Assembly: GCA_943788985.1 (NCBI GenBank)
Contig: CALSSJ010000015.1
Coordinates: forward strand, 32,001-96,000
Reading direction: 5' to 3'
Length of the DNA stretch: 64,000 nucleotides
Origin: an uncultured Lentisphaerales bacterium
Lineage (GTDB): Bacteria > Verrucomicrobiota > Lentisphaeria > JABSQK01 > UBA12247
This document shows, one piece after another, positions 20,581 through 30,841 of the stretch. The stretch's first letter is position 1; every line of letters begins with the position of its first letter. The notes under the pieces are model-generated. The model was given only the letters and a program-made list of their open reading frames with translations. It made no database searches and was not told the origin of the DNA. A program made the position numbers and the translations under genes.

Positions 20581-22028
20581 AATGGAGTCTTCTATTCCTG
20601 TTGTTAGCAGGCTGCAGCAGCACTCCCTACGAGGCGCTGGTAGGCGAATACGAAAGTGGCACCGAAACCACATATTTGCGGATTTCGCGTGCGGAGTCTG
20701 CAACCGCCCCGGACCCCCTGGCGGATCTTACTGCGGAGACCGCAGCGGCCCAAGTGCGCTGGGAGCAGGCTCTGGCCGTGGCACCCACCACCGGCCTTGC
20801 GGAGTCCGCGACGCCCCCGCCTGTGGAATCGCTAGCTACGTCGCTGGAACTCCCCGGGCTGGTCGCCCTGGTACTGGCGCGCAACCCGGGCATCGACGCA
20901 GCCGCGCAGGCGGTGAAGGCCACCCGCGAGAAATATCCGCAGGCGGTGGCTCTTGACAGCGTGCTGCAGCAGTACAATGCCTTCACCAAACAACTGGACA
21001 CTCGGATCGGCCCTACGTCTCACAAGGGCATGAACGCCATGAGCTTGCCGTTTCCGGATGCCCTGGCGCTCAAGGGCAAGCTGGTGAGCGAGGAGATCGA
21101 TATCGCAGCCAGTCGGCTGGAGATTGCCAAGCGCGATGCCATCACGGCCATGCACGAGGCCTATTTCGACCTCTTGTTTGTGGACCAGGGCATCGCCATC
21201 AATCGGGAGCAGCAGGCGCTGCTGGAGCAGATGATTGCGGTGGCTCAGACCAAGGTGCGCACGGATCGCAGCAAGTATCAGGGCCTGATCATGGCCCAGG
21301 TGGAGTTGTCCAAGCTCGCCAATGCCATCATCACGCTTGAGGAACAGCGCGAGACGGTGATCGCCCGCATCAACACAATGCTGAATCTCGCGCCGGATGG
21401 GGCCCTGGCAGCGCCGAGCCCAGCACCAGTCACCGCGGAGACGCAGAGTCTGGACAGCTGGTACGAAAAGGCGCTTGCCGGGCGTCAGGAACTGTTGACG
21501 CAGCGCCTGCGCATCGTGCGTACGAAGACGATGATCGAGCTGGCCTCGCGCATTGCCAACCCCGACGTGAGTCTGGGAACAAGCTATTTCGAAGATCGCA
21601 TGCGCCTGAGCAGCGGCACAGGCGAGGCCCAGCCCGCCTTCACACCCCAGCGCGAGCTGAATCATCGCCAGACGCCGCAATTTGGCGAGCGCAACGCCTA
21701 CATCCGTGAGGTCACAGTGCGCGTGACTGGCATGGAGAGCATGCTCACGGGGATGGAAGACCGGACCCGCCTGGCTGTAAAAAAAGCGCACTTTGCACTT
21801 GAGCGGGCTGAGCGTAGTATCGGCCTTTATCGCGACTCACTGCTACCGCAGGCACAACAGTCGCTGGAAGCCGCCGCCGCGGGCTATCGCGCGGGCAGCG
21901 TCGACTTCCTGACCTTTCTCGATACCGAGCGCACTCTGCTTCGGTTTCGCCTGGAAGAGAAACGCGCCGCGCGTGATCAGGGCGTGGCTCTGGCACATTT
22001 GAATCAACTCAGTGGGAAAATACGATGA
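20577..22028 (+). CDS. Second TolC-family lipoprotein
   Basis: Lipobox LAGC, RNPG, and a YRAGSVDFLTFLD C-terminal repeat. Confidence 0.85.
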   Translation: MKWSLLFLLLAGCSSTPYEALVGEYESGTETTYLRISRAESATAPDPLADLTAETAAAQVRWEQALAVAPTTGLAESATPPPVESLATSLELPGLVALVLARNPGIDAAAQAVKATREKYPQAVALDSVLQQYNAFTKQLDTRIGPTSHKGMNAMSLPFPDALALKGKLVSEEIDIAASRLEIAKRDAITAMHEAYFDLLFVDQGIAINREQQALLEQMIAVAQTKVRTDRSKYQGLIMAQVELSKLANAIITLEEQRETVIARINTMLNLAPDGALAAPSPAPVTAETQSLDSWYEKALAGRQELLTQRLRIVRTKTMIELASRIANPDVSLGTSYFEDRMRLSSGTGEAQPAFTPQRELNHRQTPQFGERNAYIREVTVRVTGMESMLTGMEDRTRLAVKKAHFALERAERSIGLYRDSLLPQAQQSLEAAAAGYRAGSVDFLTFLDTERTLLRFRLEEKRAARDQGVALAHLNQLSGKIR

Positions 22029-23947
22029 AGAAGCGCACGCTTTTGATTGTAATCGTGGCCGTCTTGCTAGCGTTCGGGTTCGGCATGATGCTCGGCGGTT
22101 CCGGTACCAGGTACGAGCACGCTGTCGCTTCTGCCCCCAGCCGTAAAGCGGGAGCCAGTGTCTGGACCTGTTCGATGCACCCGCAGATCAAGCAGCCAGA
22201 GCCGGGCGATTGCCCGCTTTGCGGCATGGATCTCATCCCGCTTAAGGCAGGCGTGGACGACAACGGACCGCGCGAACTGACCCTCTCTGAGGGGGCCCGC
22301 AGTCTGGCCGACATTCAAGTGCAGCCGGTCAGGCGACAGGCCGTGGTGCGCGAGGTGCGCATGGTCGGCACGATCGACTACGACGAGCGGCGCTTATCCA
22401 CGATCACCGCCTGGGTAGGCGGGCGCCTGGATCGAATCTTTGTCGATTACACCGGTGTGACAGTCGCCAAGGGCGATCACATGGTCTGGATGTACAGCCC
22501 GGAGATTTTGGGGGCGCAGGAGGAGTTGCTGCAGGCCAGCATCGCGGTGCGCAAGATGGCGGATAATCCACTGGCTCTTATTCGCAACAATGCCCAGGCG
22601 ACCCTCGAAGCCTCGCGCGACAAGCTGCGCCTTTGGGGGCTGTCCCTCGAGCAGATCGCGGCTATCGAAGAAAGCGGCAAAGCCTCGGACCACATTCAGA
22701 TCAACGCGCCGATTGGTGGCGTGGTGATCCATAAGAATGCCACTGAAGGCATGTACGTGAAGACCGGCACCCCAATTTATCAGATCGTTGATTTAAGCCA
22801 GGTTTGGGCCCAGCTGGACGCGTATGAGTCGGATCTGGCTTGGCTGCGCTATGGTCAGGAGGTGAGCTTTGAGTCCGAAGCCTACCCGGGCGAGGTGTTT
22901 AACGGGCGTGTTTCCTTCATTGACCCAGTTCTCAGCAGGAGCACACGCACAGTGAAAGTGCGCGTGAATGTGCCAAACGAGGATGGCAGGCTCAAGCCAG
23001 GTATGTTTGTGCGGGCGATTCTGCACTCTGCGGTGGCAGCTGGTGGCAAGGTGATTGATGCGGACCTCGCAGGCAAGTGGATCAGCCCGATGCACCCGGA
23101 GATCGTGCGCGACGAGCCCGGCCCGTGCGACATCTGTGGCATGGCCTTGGTCAGGTCCGAGGACTTGGGCTTTGTCAGCGCGGCCGACTTCAGCACCGCG
23201 GTGCCGCTCGTGGTTCCGGCTTCGGCGCCGTTGCTCACCGGCAAGCGCGCGGTGGTCTACGTACAGAATCCAGCCGATCCGGGCCGCTTCACGGGCCGCA
23301 CCGTCACACTGGGGCCGCGGGTGGGCGGCTTTTATGTGCTCAAGTCTGGCCTAGAGGAAGGCGAACTGGTGGTGACTCACGGCAACTTCAAGATCGACAG
23401 CGCCCTGCAGATTATGGCCAAGCCAAGTATGATGAGCCCCGCAGAAGAGCCCGCGGAAGCCGAAACAGAAATTCGCTACGAGGCGCCTAAAGCGTTTCTG
23501 GCACAGCTACAGCCGCTGTTCACGCACTACCTTGCGATTCAGCAAGCCTTGGCTGGTGACAACCTGGCGGCCACCCGAAGCGGTGCGGGAGCCTTCTCCG
23601 AGGCGCTGCAGGCTATCGACATGAGCCTGGTCACGGGCGCTGGTCACATGGCTTGGATGGGCTTATCCGCCAAGTTTGCGAAGTCCGCAAAGGAGATCGC
23701 GAGCCGCGCGGACATCGACGAGGCACGCGCGCAGTTCGAGCCCCTGAGTACGAGCATGATCGCCTTGGCGCAGCAATTCGGCACTGGTATGGCGGATCCC
23801 GTGAGCGTCGCCCACTGCCCGATGGCCCTGGACAACAGCGGTGCCAACTGGTTGCAGCTGGGTGCGGAGATCGCAAATCCCTACTTCGGAGCCTCGATGC
23901 TCCGCTGTGGTGAGGTGACCGCAACCATTGACGGGCGCCAGAAATGA
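22025..23947 (+). CDS. CusB-like RND periplasmic adaptor with heavy-metal-binding motifs and a C-terminal DUF3347-like domain
   Basis: WTCSMHPQI...CPLCGMDL, SPMHPEI...CDICGMAL and HCPMA...NPYFGASMLRCG. Confidence 0.9.
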   Translation: MKKRTLLIVIVAVLLAFGFGMMLGGSGTRYEHAVASAPSRKAGASVWTCSMHPQIKQPEPGDCPLCGMDLIPLKAGVDDNGPRELTLSEGARSLADIQVQPVRRQAVVREVRMVGTIDYDERRLSTITAWVGGRLDRIFVDYTGVTVAKGDHMVWMYSPEILGAQEELLQASIAVRKMADNPLALIRNNAQATLEASRDKLRLWGLSLEQIAAIEESGKASDHIQINAPIGGVVIHKNATEGMYVKTGTPIYQIVDLSQVWAQLDAYESDLAWLRYGQEVSFESEAYPGEVFNGRVSFIDPVLSRSTRTVKVRVNVPNEDGRLKPGMFVRAILHSAVAAGGKVIDADLAGKWISPMHPEIVRDEPGPCDICGMALVRSEDLGFVSAADFSTAVPLVVPASAPLLTGKRAVVYVQNPADPGRFTGRTVTLGPRVGGFYVLKSGLEEGELVVTHGNFKIDSALQIMAKPSMMSPAEEPAEAETEIRYEAPKAFLAQLQPLFTHYLAIQQALAGDNLAATRSGAGAFSEALQAIDMSLVTGAGHMAWMGLSAKFAKSAKEIASRADIDEARAQFEPLSTSMIALAQQFGTGMADPVSVAHCPMALDNSGANWLQLGAEIANPYFGASMLRCGEVTATIDGRQK

Positions 23948-24075
23948 ATGTGACTGAGATGCGGGCAAAGGAATTGCGCCGGCTAGGAGCGCGAAGCGCA
24001 TTGACGTTTACCGCGGTAGCGAATGAGCCAAGCTCCCCTTCGGACCGGAAGGAACTTATAATCAGCGACTGGCCT

Positions 24076-24239
24076 TGTCGGAGCCCCGTTTTCAGGCGGC
24101 AGTCACCGACGGGGCTGCCTTCGGCTTTCTCGCAAGCTCGGCTGAGTCCGCGAAGCCTCCGCTTTGGGCGCTCTGCTCTACGGACGCTCCGGCAGCTAAA
24201 GCTGCTCATTGACTGCCGCCTAAAGATGGGACTCCGACA
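24076..24239. repeat. REP/MITE-like palindromic element between the adaptor and permease genes
   Basis: Imperfect terminal IR TGTCGGAGCCCCGTTTTCAGGCGGCAGTCA / TGACTGCCGCCTAAAGATGGGACTCCGACA. It shares TACGGACGCTCCGGCAGCTAAAGCTGCT with the element at 54482. Confidence 0.75.
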
Positions 24240-24307
24240 GCTTTCATCGCTGCTCGTGACCTCCCTGAGGGTTGTTGCTCATGGCCTGACGCGTTTAAGT
24301 AGTCGTC

Positions 24308-27300
24308 ATGAAGCCTGAGCCGAAATCTTTTCTCGATAGGACCATTCTATTCTGCCTGCAGAATAAGCTGGTGGTGCTGCTGGCTGTCGTGTTTGCGCTG
24401 CTCTGGGGGGCCATCGTAGCACCATTCGACTGGGAGATTGAGCGCTTGCCGCGTGATCCCGTGCCAGTCGATGCGATCCCGGACATCGGTGAGAATCAGC
24501 AGATCGTGTTCACGCGCTGGATGGGGCGATCACCGCAGGATGTGGAAGACCAGATCAGCTATCCAATGACCGTGGCAATGCTCGGCATCCCGGGCGTGAA
24601 GACAGTGCGCAGCTACTCGATGTTCGGCTTCAGCACCATCTACATTATTTTCAAGGAAGACGTCGAATTCTACTGGTCACGATCACGGGTCCTAGAGAAG
24701 CTCAATAGCCTTCCAGTAGGTTCGCTGCCGACGGGGGTGCAGCCAGCGCTGGGCCCGGATGCCACGGCTTTGGGGCAGGTCTACTGGTACACGCTCGAAG
24801 GCCGTGACCAGGCAGGTAATCCGGCTGGCGGCTGGGATCTGCACGAGCTGCGCAGCATTCAGGATTGGCAGGTGCGTTATGCGTTGCTTTCGGCAGATGG
24901 CATCGCCGAAGTCGCCAGCATCGGCGGCTATGTGCAGGAATATCAGGTAGATGTGGACCCAGATGCGATGCGCGCCTATGGCGTGACGCTGGACCAGGTG
25001 ATCGCGGCGGTGAAGATGTCGAATCTGGATGTTGGGGCGCGGACCATCGAGATCAACAAGGTGGAGTATGTGATCCGCGGCCTCGGCTTTATCAAAGACG
25101 TGGAGGACATCGAGCTGTCGGTCGTGGGCGTGAGCGATAATGTGCCGATCTATGTGAGGAACGTGGCCAAGGTAAGTCTCGGGCCGGCCCTACGCCGGGG
25201 GGCCTTGGATAAAGGCGGCGCCGAAGCGGTCGGCGGTGTGGCGGTGGTGCGCTATGGCGAGAATCCGCTGGCCGCGATCAAAAACCTGAAAGCGCAAATT
25301 GCGCAGATCGCACCGGGCCTGCCCGAAAAGGTGGTGATCGACTTTAACGCGGTGGATGCGGAAACAGTTGCGAAGTTCGCAATCAGCCAGGGGTTTGCGG
25401 CCTACAATGAGGCGGTGCTGAATCAGGAGGCCTGGCTGACCTGGACACGAGAGACCGCGCCAGAGTTACGCCCGGATTGGCTGACGCTGAGCAAGGTGAC
25501 GGTGGTGCCATTCTACGATCGCACGGGGCTCATCTACGAGACGCTCGGCACGCTGAATATCGCGCTGACCGAAGAAATGCTGGTGACCATTATAGTCATC
25601 ATCATGATGCTGCTGCATTTGCGGAGTTCGCTGGTCATCACGGCAACGCTGCCGTTGGCAGTACTGATTTGCTTCATCGCCATGAAGATCTTTCATGTGG
25701 ACGCCAACATCGTGGCGCTCTCGGGCATCGCCATCGCTATCGGCACCATTGTGGACATGGGCGTCATCGTGTGCGAGAACGTCCTCAAGCATCTTGAGAC
25801 AGCCGAGCCCGAGGAAGACCGGCTGACGATCGTTTACAATGCCACCACCGAGGTGGCCAGTGCGGTGCTCACGGCCATTCTCACCACCATCATCAGCTTC
25901 TTGCCGGTGTTTACGATGATTGGCGCGGAGGGCAAGCTGTTCAAGCCGCTGGCTTTTACCAAGACGTTTGCGCTGTTCGCAAGTGTGATCGTGGCGCTCA
26001 CCGTCGTGCCAGCCATCGCTCACTCGCTGTTCACCTTTAGCGCCCCCGGCAAGGCGTGGCGCGGGCGTCTACTAGCGAAGATTCCGCCGTGGGTTTTGCG
26101 GAGTTCGCGCTGGATTCTAAATGGCGTGGTGGCGCTGCTGGTCGGGGTGATTCTGACCCGACATTGGCTTCCCTTGGGGCCGCAGGCAGGCATCTTCGCT
26201 AACGGGGTGGTAGTGCTGCTGCCGATCTTCGCACTGCTGGCCTTCCTTATCGCCTTTATTAAGATCTATCGCCCGCTCTTGCGCTGGTTTCTCGACCACA
26301 AGCTGATCTTTCTGAGCATTCCAACAGTGATCGTGGTGCTTGGTCTGGCCATCTGGCTCGGCGCTGGTGCGGTGCTGGGCTGGATGCCGGACGGCGTGAA
26401 GAAGAGCAGCACGTACAGCTCGCTGGTTCATACCTTTCCGGGATTGGGCAAGGAGTTTATGCCGGACCTTGACGAGGGTTCGTATCTGTACATGCCGACG
26501 ACCATGCCACACGCGTCGATCGGCGAAGCGCTGGATGTGCTGCAGAAACAGGACATGGGCTTCAGTGCGATCCCCGAGATTGAGTCGGCGGTCGGCAAGC
26601 TCGGCCGGGCCGAAACCCCGCTGGACCCGGCACCCGTATCGATGATCGAGACCGTCATCAACTACCTGAGCGAATACGTAACGGACGATGATGGCCACGA
26701 CGTGCGCTTTCGCTACGATCCCGAGGCCACAGACCTGATGCGCAATGTCGCCGGCGAGCCACTACCGGCTGCCGATGGTGAGCCCTACACGGTGCAAGGT
26801 AGCTACAGCTGGGATGAGCAGGGCGCATTGATTCCAGACGAGGATGGCATGCCGTTTCGACAGTGGCGCCAGCCGCTGGACTTAGCGCTGAATGACGACC
26901 GCGAGGCCTGGCAGGGCATTCGTGACCCCGCTGATATCTGGGACGAGATCTTGGTGGCTGGCGAGATCCTAGGCACGACCTCGGCTCCCAAGCTGCAGCC
27001 GATCGCCGCGCGCATCGTGATGCTACAAAGCGGTATGCGAGCCCCAATGGGCCTGAAAGTGAAGGGCCCAGACTTGGAGACGATCGATCGCTTTGGTCTC
27101 GACGTGGAGCGCTTGCTCAAGGAGGTGCCGAGCGTCAAAGCCAGCGCTGTGATTGCCGACCGCATCGTCGGAAAGCCCTATCTGGAGATCGATATCGACC
27201 GCGAGGCCATCGCCCGCTACGGCGTGCACATTCGCAAGGTCCAGCAGGTGATCGAGGTGGCGATTGGCGGGATGCCCTTGACCACGACAGTGGAAGGGCG

Positions 27301-28222
27301 CGAGCGCTACCCCGTTCGCGTGCGCTATCCACGTGAACTCCGCGACACCCTCGAGGGCCTGGAGAAGATCCTCGTGCCGGGCATGGGCGGCCAGCAGATT
27401 CCGATGAGCCAGCTGGCTACTATTCGCTATTTGCGAGGTCCGCAAGTGATCAAAAGTGAGGACACCTTCTTGATTGGTTACGTGCTGTTCGACAAGCAGC
27501 CGGAGTTTGCCGAGGTGGATGTGGTCGAGGCCTGCCAGGAGTTTCTGGCAGCGAAGATTGCCAGCGGTGAGCTGATTCTACCGGCGGGCGTGTCCTACGA
27601 GTTTGCGGGGAGCTACCAGAACCAGCTGCGGGCAGCCAAAACCTTGTCGTTGGTGCTGCCTTTGGCACTGTTCCTGATCTTTCTGATTCTGTATTTTCAG
27701 TTCAAGACTGTTCCCACCACCCTCTTGGTTTTTAGTGGAATTGCGGTCGCCTGGGCGGGCGGTTTCATCCTGATCTGGCTCTATGGCCAGGATTGGTTTC
27801 TGAACGTCGACCTCTTTGGGAAGAACCTGCGCGATCTGTTTCAGGTCAGCCCGCTCAACCTGAGCGTGGCCGTTTGGGTTGGCTTCTTGGCCCTCTTTGG
27901 CATTGCTAGTGATGATGGCGTGGTAATGACCACCTATCTCAGGCAGGCATTCGCTAGTGCGACGCCAGAGACCGTCGGGGAAATCCGGGCCGCCGTGATA
28001 GAAGCGGGTTGTCGGCGCATCCGCCCGTGCCTGATCACCACCGCCACCACCATGCTCGCTCTGTTACCTGTGCTGACCAGCACCGGGCGCGGTGCCGACA
28101 TCATGATTCCGATGGCGATCCCGAGCTTTGGCGGCATGCTGATCGCCCTGATCACGCTGTTTGTCGTGCCCGTGCTGTATTGCTTGATCCAGGAAGTAGG
28201 CCTGCGCCGGAAGGGGAGATGA
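24308..28222 (+). CDS. cusA: CusA/CzcA-family heavy-metal RND permease
   Basis: VDAIPDIGENQQIVFT, GPDATALGQ, GKEFMPDLDEGS, YMPTTMPH, RIVMLQSGMR and RIRPCLITT motifs. Confidence 0.9.
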   Translation: MKPEPKSFLDRTILFCLQNKLVVLLAVVFALLWGAIVAPFDWEIERLPRDPVPVDAIPDIGENQQIVFTRWMGRSPQDVEDQISYPMTVAMLGIPGVKTVRSYSMFGFSTIYIIFKEDVEFYWSRSRVLEKLNSLPVGSLPTGVQPALGPDATALGQVYWYTLEGRDQAGNPAGGWDLHELRSIQDWQVRYALLSADGIAEVASIGGYVQEYQVDVDPDAMRAYGVTLDQVIAAVKMSNLDVGARTIEINKVEYVIRGLGFIKDVEDIELSVVGVSDNVPIYVRNVAKVSLGPALRRGALDKGGAEAVGGVAVVRYGENPLAAIKNLKAQIAQIAPGLPEKVVIDFNAVDAETVAKFAISQGFAAYNEAVLNQEAWLTWTRETAPELRPDWLTLSKVTVVPFYDRTGLIYETLGTLNIALTEEMLVTIIVIIMMLLHLRSSLVITATLPLAVLICFIAMKIFHVDANIVALSGIAIAIGTIVDMGVIVCENVLKHLETAEPEEDRLTIVYNATTEVASAVLTAILTTIISFLPVFTMIGAEGKLFKPLAFTKTFALFASVIVALTVVPAIAHSLFTFSAPGKAWRGRLLAKIPPWVLRSSRWILNGVVALLVGVILTRHWLPLGPQAGIFANGVVVLLPIFALLAFLIAFIKIYRPLLRWFLDHKLIFLSIPTVIVVLGLAIWLGAGAVLGWMPDGVKKSSTYSSLVHTFPGLGKEFMPDLDEGSYLYMPTTMPHASIGEALDVLQKQDMGFSAIPEIESAVGKLGRAETPLDPAPVSMIETVINYLSEYVTDDDGHDVRFRYDPEATDLMRNVAGEPLPAADGEPYTVQGSYSWDEQGALIPDEDGMPFRQWRQPLDLALNDDREAWQGIRDPADIWDEILVAGEILGTTSAPKLQPIAARIVMLQSGMRAPMGLKVKGPDLETIDRFGLDVERLLKEVPSVKASAVIADRIVGKPYLEIDIDREAIARYGVHIRKVQQVIEVAIGGMPLTTTVEGRERYPVRVRYPRELRDTLEGLEKILVPGMGGQQIPMSQLATIRYLRGPQVIKSEDTFLIGYVLFDKQPEFAEVDVVEACQEFLAAKIASGELILPAGVSYEFAGSYQNQLRAAKTLSLVLPLALFLIFLILYFQFKTVPTTLLVFSGIAVAWAGGFILIWLYGQDWFLNVDLFGKNLRDLFQVSPLNLSVAVWVGFLALFGIASDDGVVMTTYLRQAFASATPETVGEIRAAVIEAGCRRIRPCLITTATTMLALLPVLTSTGRGADIMIPMAIPSFGGMLIALITLFVVPVLYCLIQEVGLRRKGR

Positions 28223-28241
28223 GGCCCTCGCCAAAATCTCC

Positions 28242-28990
28242 ATGTATGTCCGCATTCTGCTGGCGATGCTGCTGGTGAGCGGTGTCCCGCTGGTGCTGGT
28301 GAACTCGCAGAGCCTGCACTGTGCCCACAAAGGCTTCTTGGAGCTGCAGGAGCGACGGCAAACGGACTGCCTAAGTGAACACAGCGAGACCATCCAGAGC
28401 TGGATCGACGAGCGAGGGGCCACGTTGCAGATGGTCGGTGTCTGTCCCACGCTGCAGAACTTGCTAGCGAACCAGGAGGTCGCCCAAGCCGTGCCAGAGA
28501 TGCAGACTCGGCAGGCCTCCAATCGTATCGCGATCATCGCGACGAAGCCGTCTTTGGTATGACGCTAGCGCTCGCGCAATTGGACTGGCAATTGATGGTG
28601 GAATTGGACGAGGCGGACAGCGGTATCGTCGTCTCGGTTTTGATCATCCTGCTGGCCGTCTTGGTTGCCCGTTTTCTCGCCCGTCCCCTCCAACAACTTA
28701 CGACCACCTGTCGCGGGATCAGTTCTGACTTCGAGCCCGAGCTCCCGAACGTTCAGGGCCGTGAAGCGCGAGAGCTGCGTGTGGCCTTGGAGATGATTTT
28801 CTTGCGCGCCGGGGCACTCGCGGCCGTCGGCGAACTCAGCGCGAGTATCGTGCATGAGATGCGCAATGCGCTCAACACCATTCAGATCAATATTGATGCA
28901 CTGCAAGATAGCCAGACCGAACCCAAACTGCGTGAGCTCCATCAGCTTACCCGCCGCCAGGCAGAAAGCCTGCAGGAAGGCCTCGCGAAC
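28242..28990 (+). pseudogene. Eroded sensor histidine kinase (TM, HAMP and H-box retained; HATPase lost)
   Basis: Two short ORFs. They contain LARPLQQLT (HAMP) and LAAVGELSASIVHEMRNALNTI (H-box), with no ATPase domain. Confidence 0.7.
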
Positions 28991-29380
28991 GCAATTAACA
29001 ACGCGTACGTGGACCAGAGCCTGTCGGCCCGCATTGGCAAGCCCCATGCAACCGCTGTTTTCCCGTGAAGTGATTATCTCGACGCTGGGCATTTTGTATC
29101 AGCTTGGGCGAGAGGTGGACGCGTGCAGCAGCGACCTGCACACCAGCCTGCAACAGGCGATATGGGCGACCGGCCAGCGCACGGGCCCCCAGATTTTCAC
29201 ACTGCCGGTGACACTGTCGCTCATGGTGTTTTTTGCGCTTTGTATGCAATGCGGCGCGACGGTGGTAGATCTGCCGTGAGCTGTCATAGCCGCAGGCTGC
29301 ATGCGCCTTTACCGACATGAGCGTACTGGCCTGGCTGGGCGCCGTAGCGACCTTCCAAATCGGCACTTGGTGTGGTTTGT
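28991..29380 (+). pseudogene. feoB: C-terminal remnant of ferrous iron transporter FeoB
   Basis: SREVIISTLGILY...LSLMVFFALCMQCGAT and MSVLAWLGAVATFQIG, spread over different frames. Confidence 0.75.
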
Positions 29381-29732
29381 CAGCGCGATTAGCGCCGCAG
29401 TCGTATATTGCGGGTGGTATTTGCTACGTTTCGGGAAATCCGGCGGGTGTACCGGCTGCGATGCTCGCAACGCGCCATCCTCTGTTTGCACGCGCAAGAA
29501 GGACACGAGCGAAGAAGAAGGTCCTGTCCTCGGCGCTGACCATCTACAGCAACGACTTTTGGCACTCCATCCGTGGCGTAAAGCAAGGACGCTAGGCCCG
29601 GTGGTTTCTACCGGCTACGTTCTTGCTTCCCTCCGGGAAAACGTGCCTGACGCAGTCGGTGCCATGTGCGAGGCAGGCCTGGAGCACGCGAAATACCTCG
29701 CGCATTGCCCCGCGTATTTATGATTCAGCACA

Positions 29733-30797
29733 CTAGAAGACCGCTTTGAACTCGTCGATGTTGCTCTTGTCGAAGCGAAAAAGTGAGCCCAGATAGAGCA
29801 GGCCGTAGTTGGCCCCCGCTTGAGCCTCCACCGTCATCGTGCCCAAGCGCCCGGCACTGAAGGTCTCACCAGGAGCGCCGCTGATCTCTTTCTGCGCCAG
29901 ACGAAAGGTCGCGTAGGCATTCAGATACCCGAGGTCGACCGGATTCCAGAGGCCAAATGCCTTGCAGGCATCGTTCTGCACATACTCGGCCAGCTCGCTC
30001 GGCAGGCCCAGCCCGGTGACTTCGATCTTGTCAATCTTACCCTCGTCGCTTACGGCTTTGGCAGTCGCCGCCAAGCCGACCGACGTAGGGCTGATGATGC
30101 CGCGCAGCTCGGGATAGGCTTTGAATAGCCCAAGTGCCTCGTTATAACTCTTCTCGCGAACGTCGTCGCCATAGACCACCGCAACCAGCTTGATCTTGGC
30201 ATAGGCTGGCTCTTTCAGAGTCTCCTTCATGTGCGCAATCCAGGTATTCTGGTTGTCCATGGTGGCCGCCGCGCTAAGGATCGCGATCTGTCCCTCGTGG
30301 CCAATCAGATCAGCGATGAGCTTGATCTGATCGGCACCAATCTTCGCTGCGGAAACGGGCTCTGTTGCCAGTTGCCGACTACCGGGCACGACGCCGGATT
30401 CCCAGCCCACGACCGCGACGCCACGACGTATTGCCTTTTTCGAGACATTGACCAGGGACTGCGGATCGTTGGCGACGTAGGTGATGCCATCGACGCGCTG
30501 CGCCAGCAAGGACTCCATAATCTCAATCTGGCCTTCAGGGGTCGGCTGCTCGGGGCCGCGATAAATGGACTCCACGCCAAGCTCATCGCAGGCTTCTTGC
30601 CAGCCCTTGTTGACCGCGTCAAAGAACGGATTGCCAATATTCTTCACGACCAACGCCAAGCGTTTGCCTTGGCCCGTTGCCGGCTCCGCTGCTGCCCCGC
30701 CTTCTGTGCTCGCGGCCTGGGGCTTCTCACCACAACTGGCGAGAAGCAAAAGAATGAGACCGGTGAGAAATGCGCGTGTAATTGCCTGGTGCTTCAT
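29733..30797 (-). CDS. Sugar ABC transporter substrate-binding lipoprotein (RhaS-like)
   Basis: Lipobox LASC, VKNIGNPFF, NQNTWI, GLGLPSE and GLWNPVDLGY. Confidence 0.9.
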   Translation of the reverse strand: MKHQAITRAFLTGLILLLLASCGEKPQAASTEGGAAAEPATGQGKRLALVVKNIGNPFFDAVNKGWQEACDELGVESIYRGPEQPTPEGQIEIMESLLAQRVDGITYVANDPQSLVNVSKKAIRRGVAVVGWESGVVPGSRQLATEPVSAAKIGADQIKLIADLIGHEGQIAILSAAATMDNQNTWIAHMKETLKEPAYAKIKLVAVVYGDDVREKSYNEALGLFKAYPELRGIISPTSVGLAATAKAVSDEGKIDKIEVTGLGLPSELAEYVQNDACKAFGLWNPVDLGYLNAYATFRLAQKEISGAPGETFSAGRLGTMTVEAQAGANYGLLYLGSLFRFDKSNIDEFKAVF

Positions 30798-30841
30798 CAG
30801 TGAACTCCTTGTGGGACTTTGAGAATTAACGAGAATGATGG

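Noticed and set aside
23944..24318. 124-aa ORF between the adaptor and cusA
   Set aside because: It mostly spans the REP-like palindrome.
29480..29600. Possible remnant of a pilin-like gene (ARARRT…ALTIYSND)
   Set aside because: The similarity is too short and degenerate to support.
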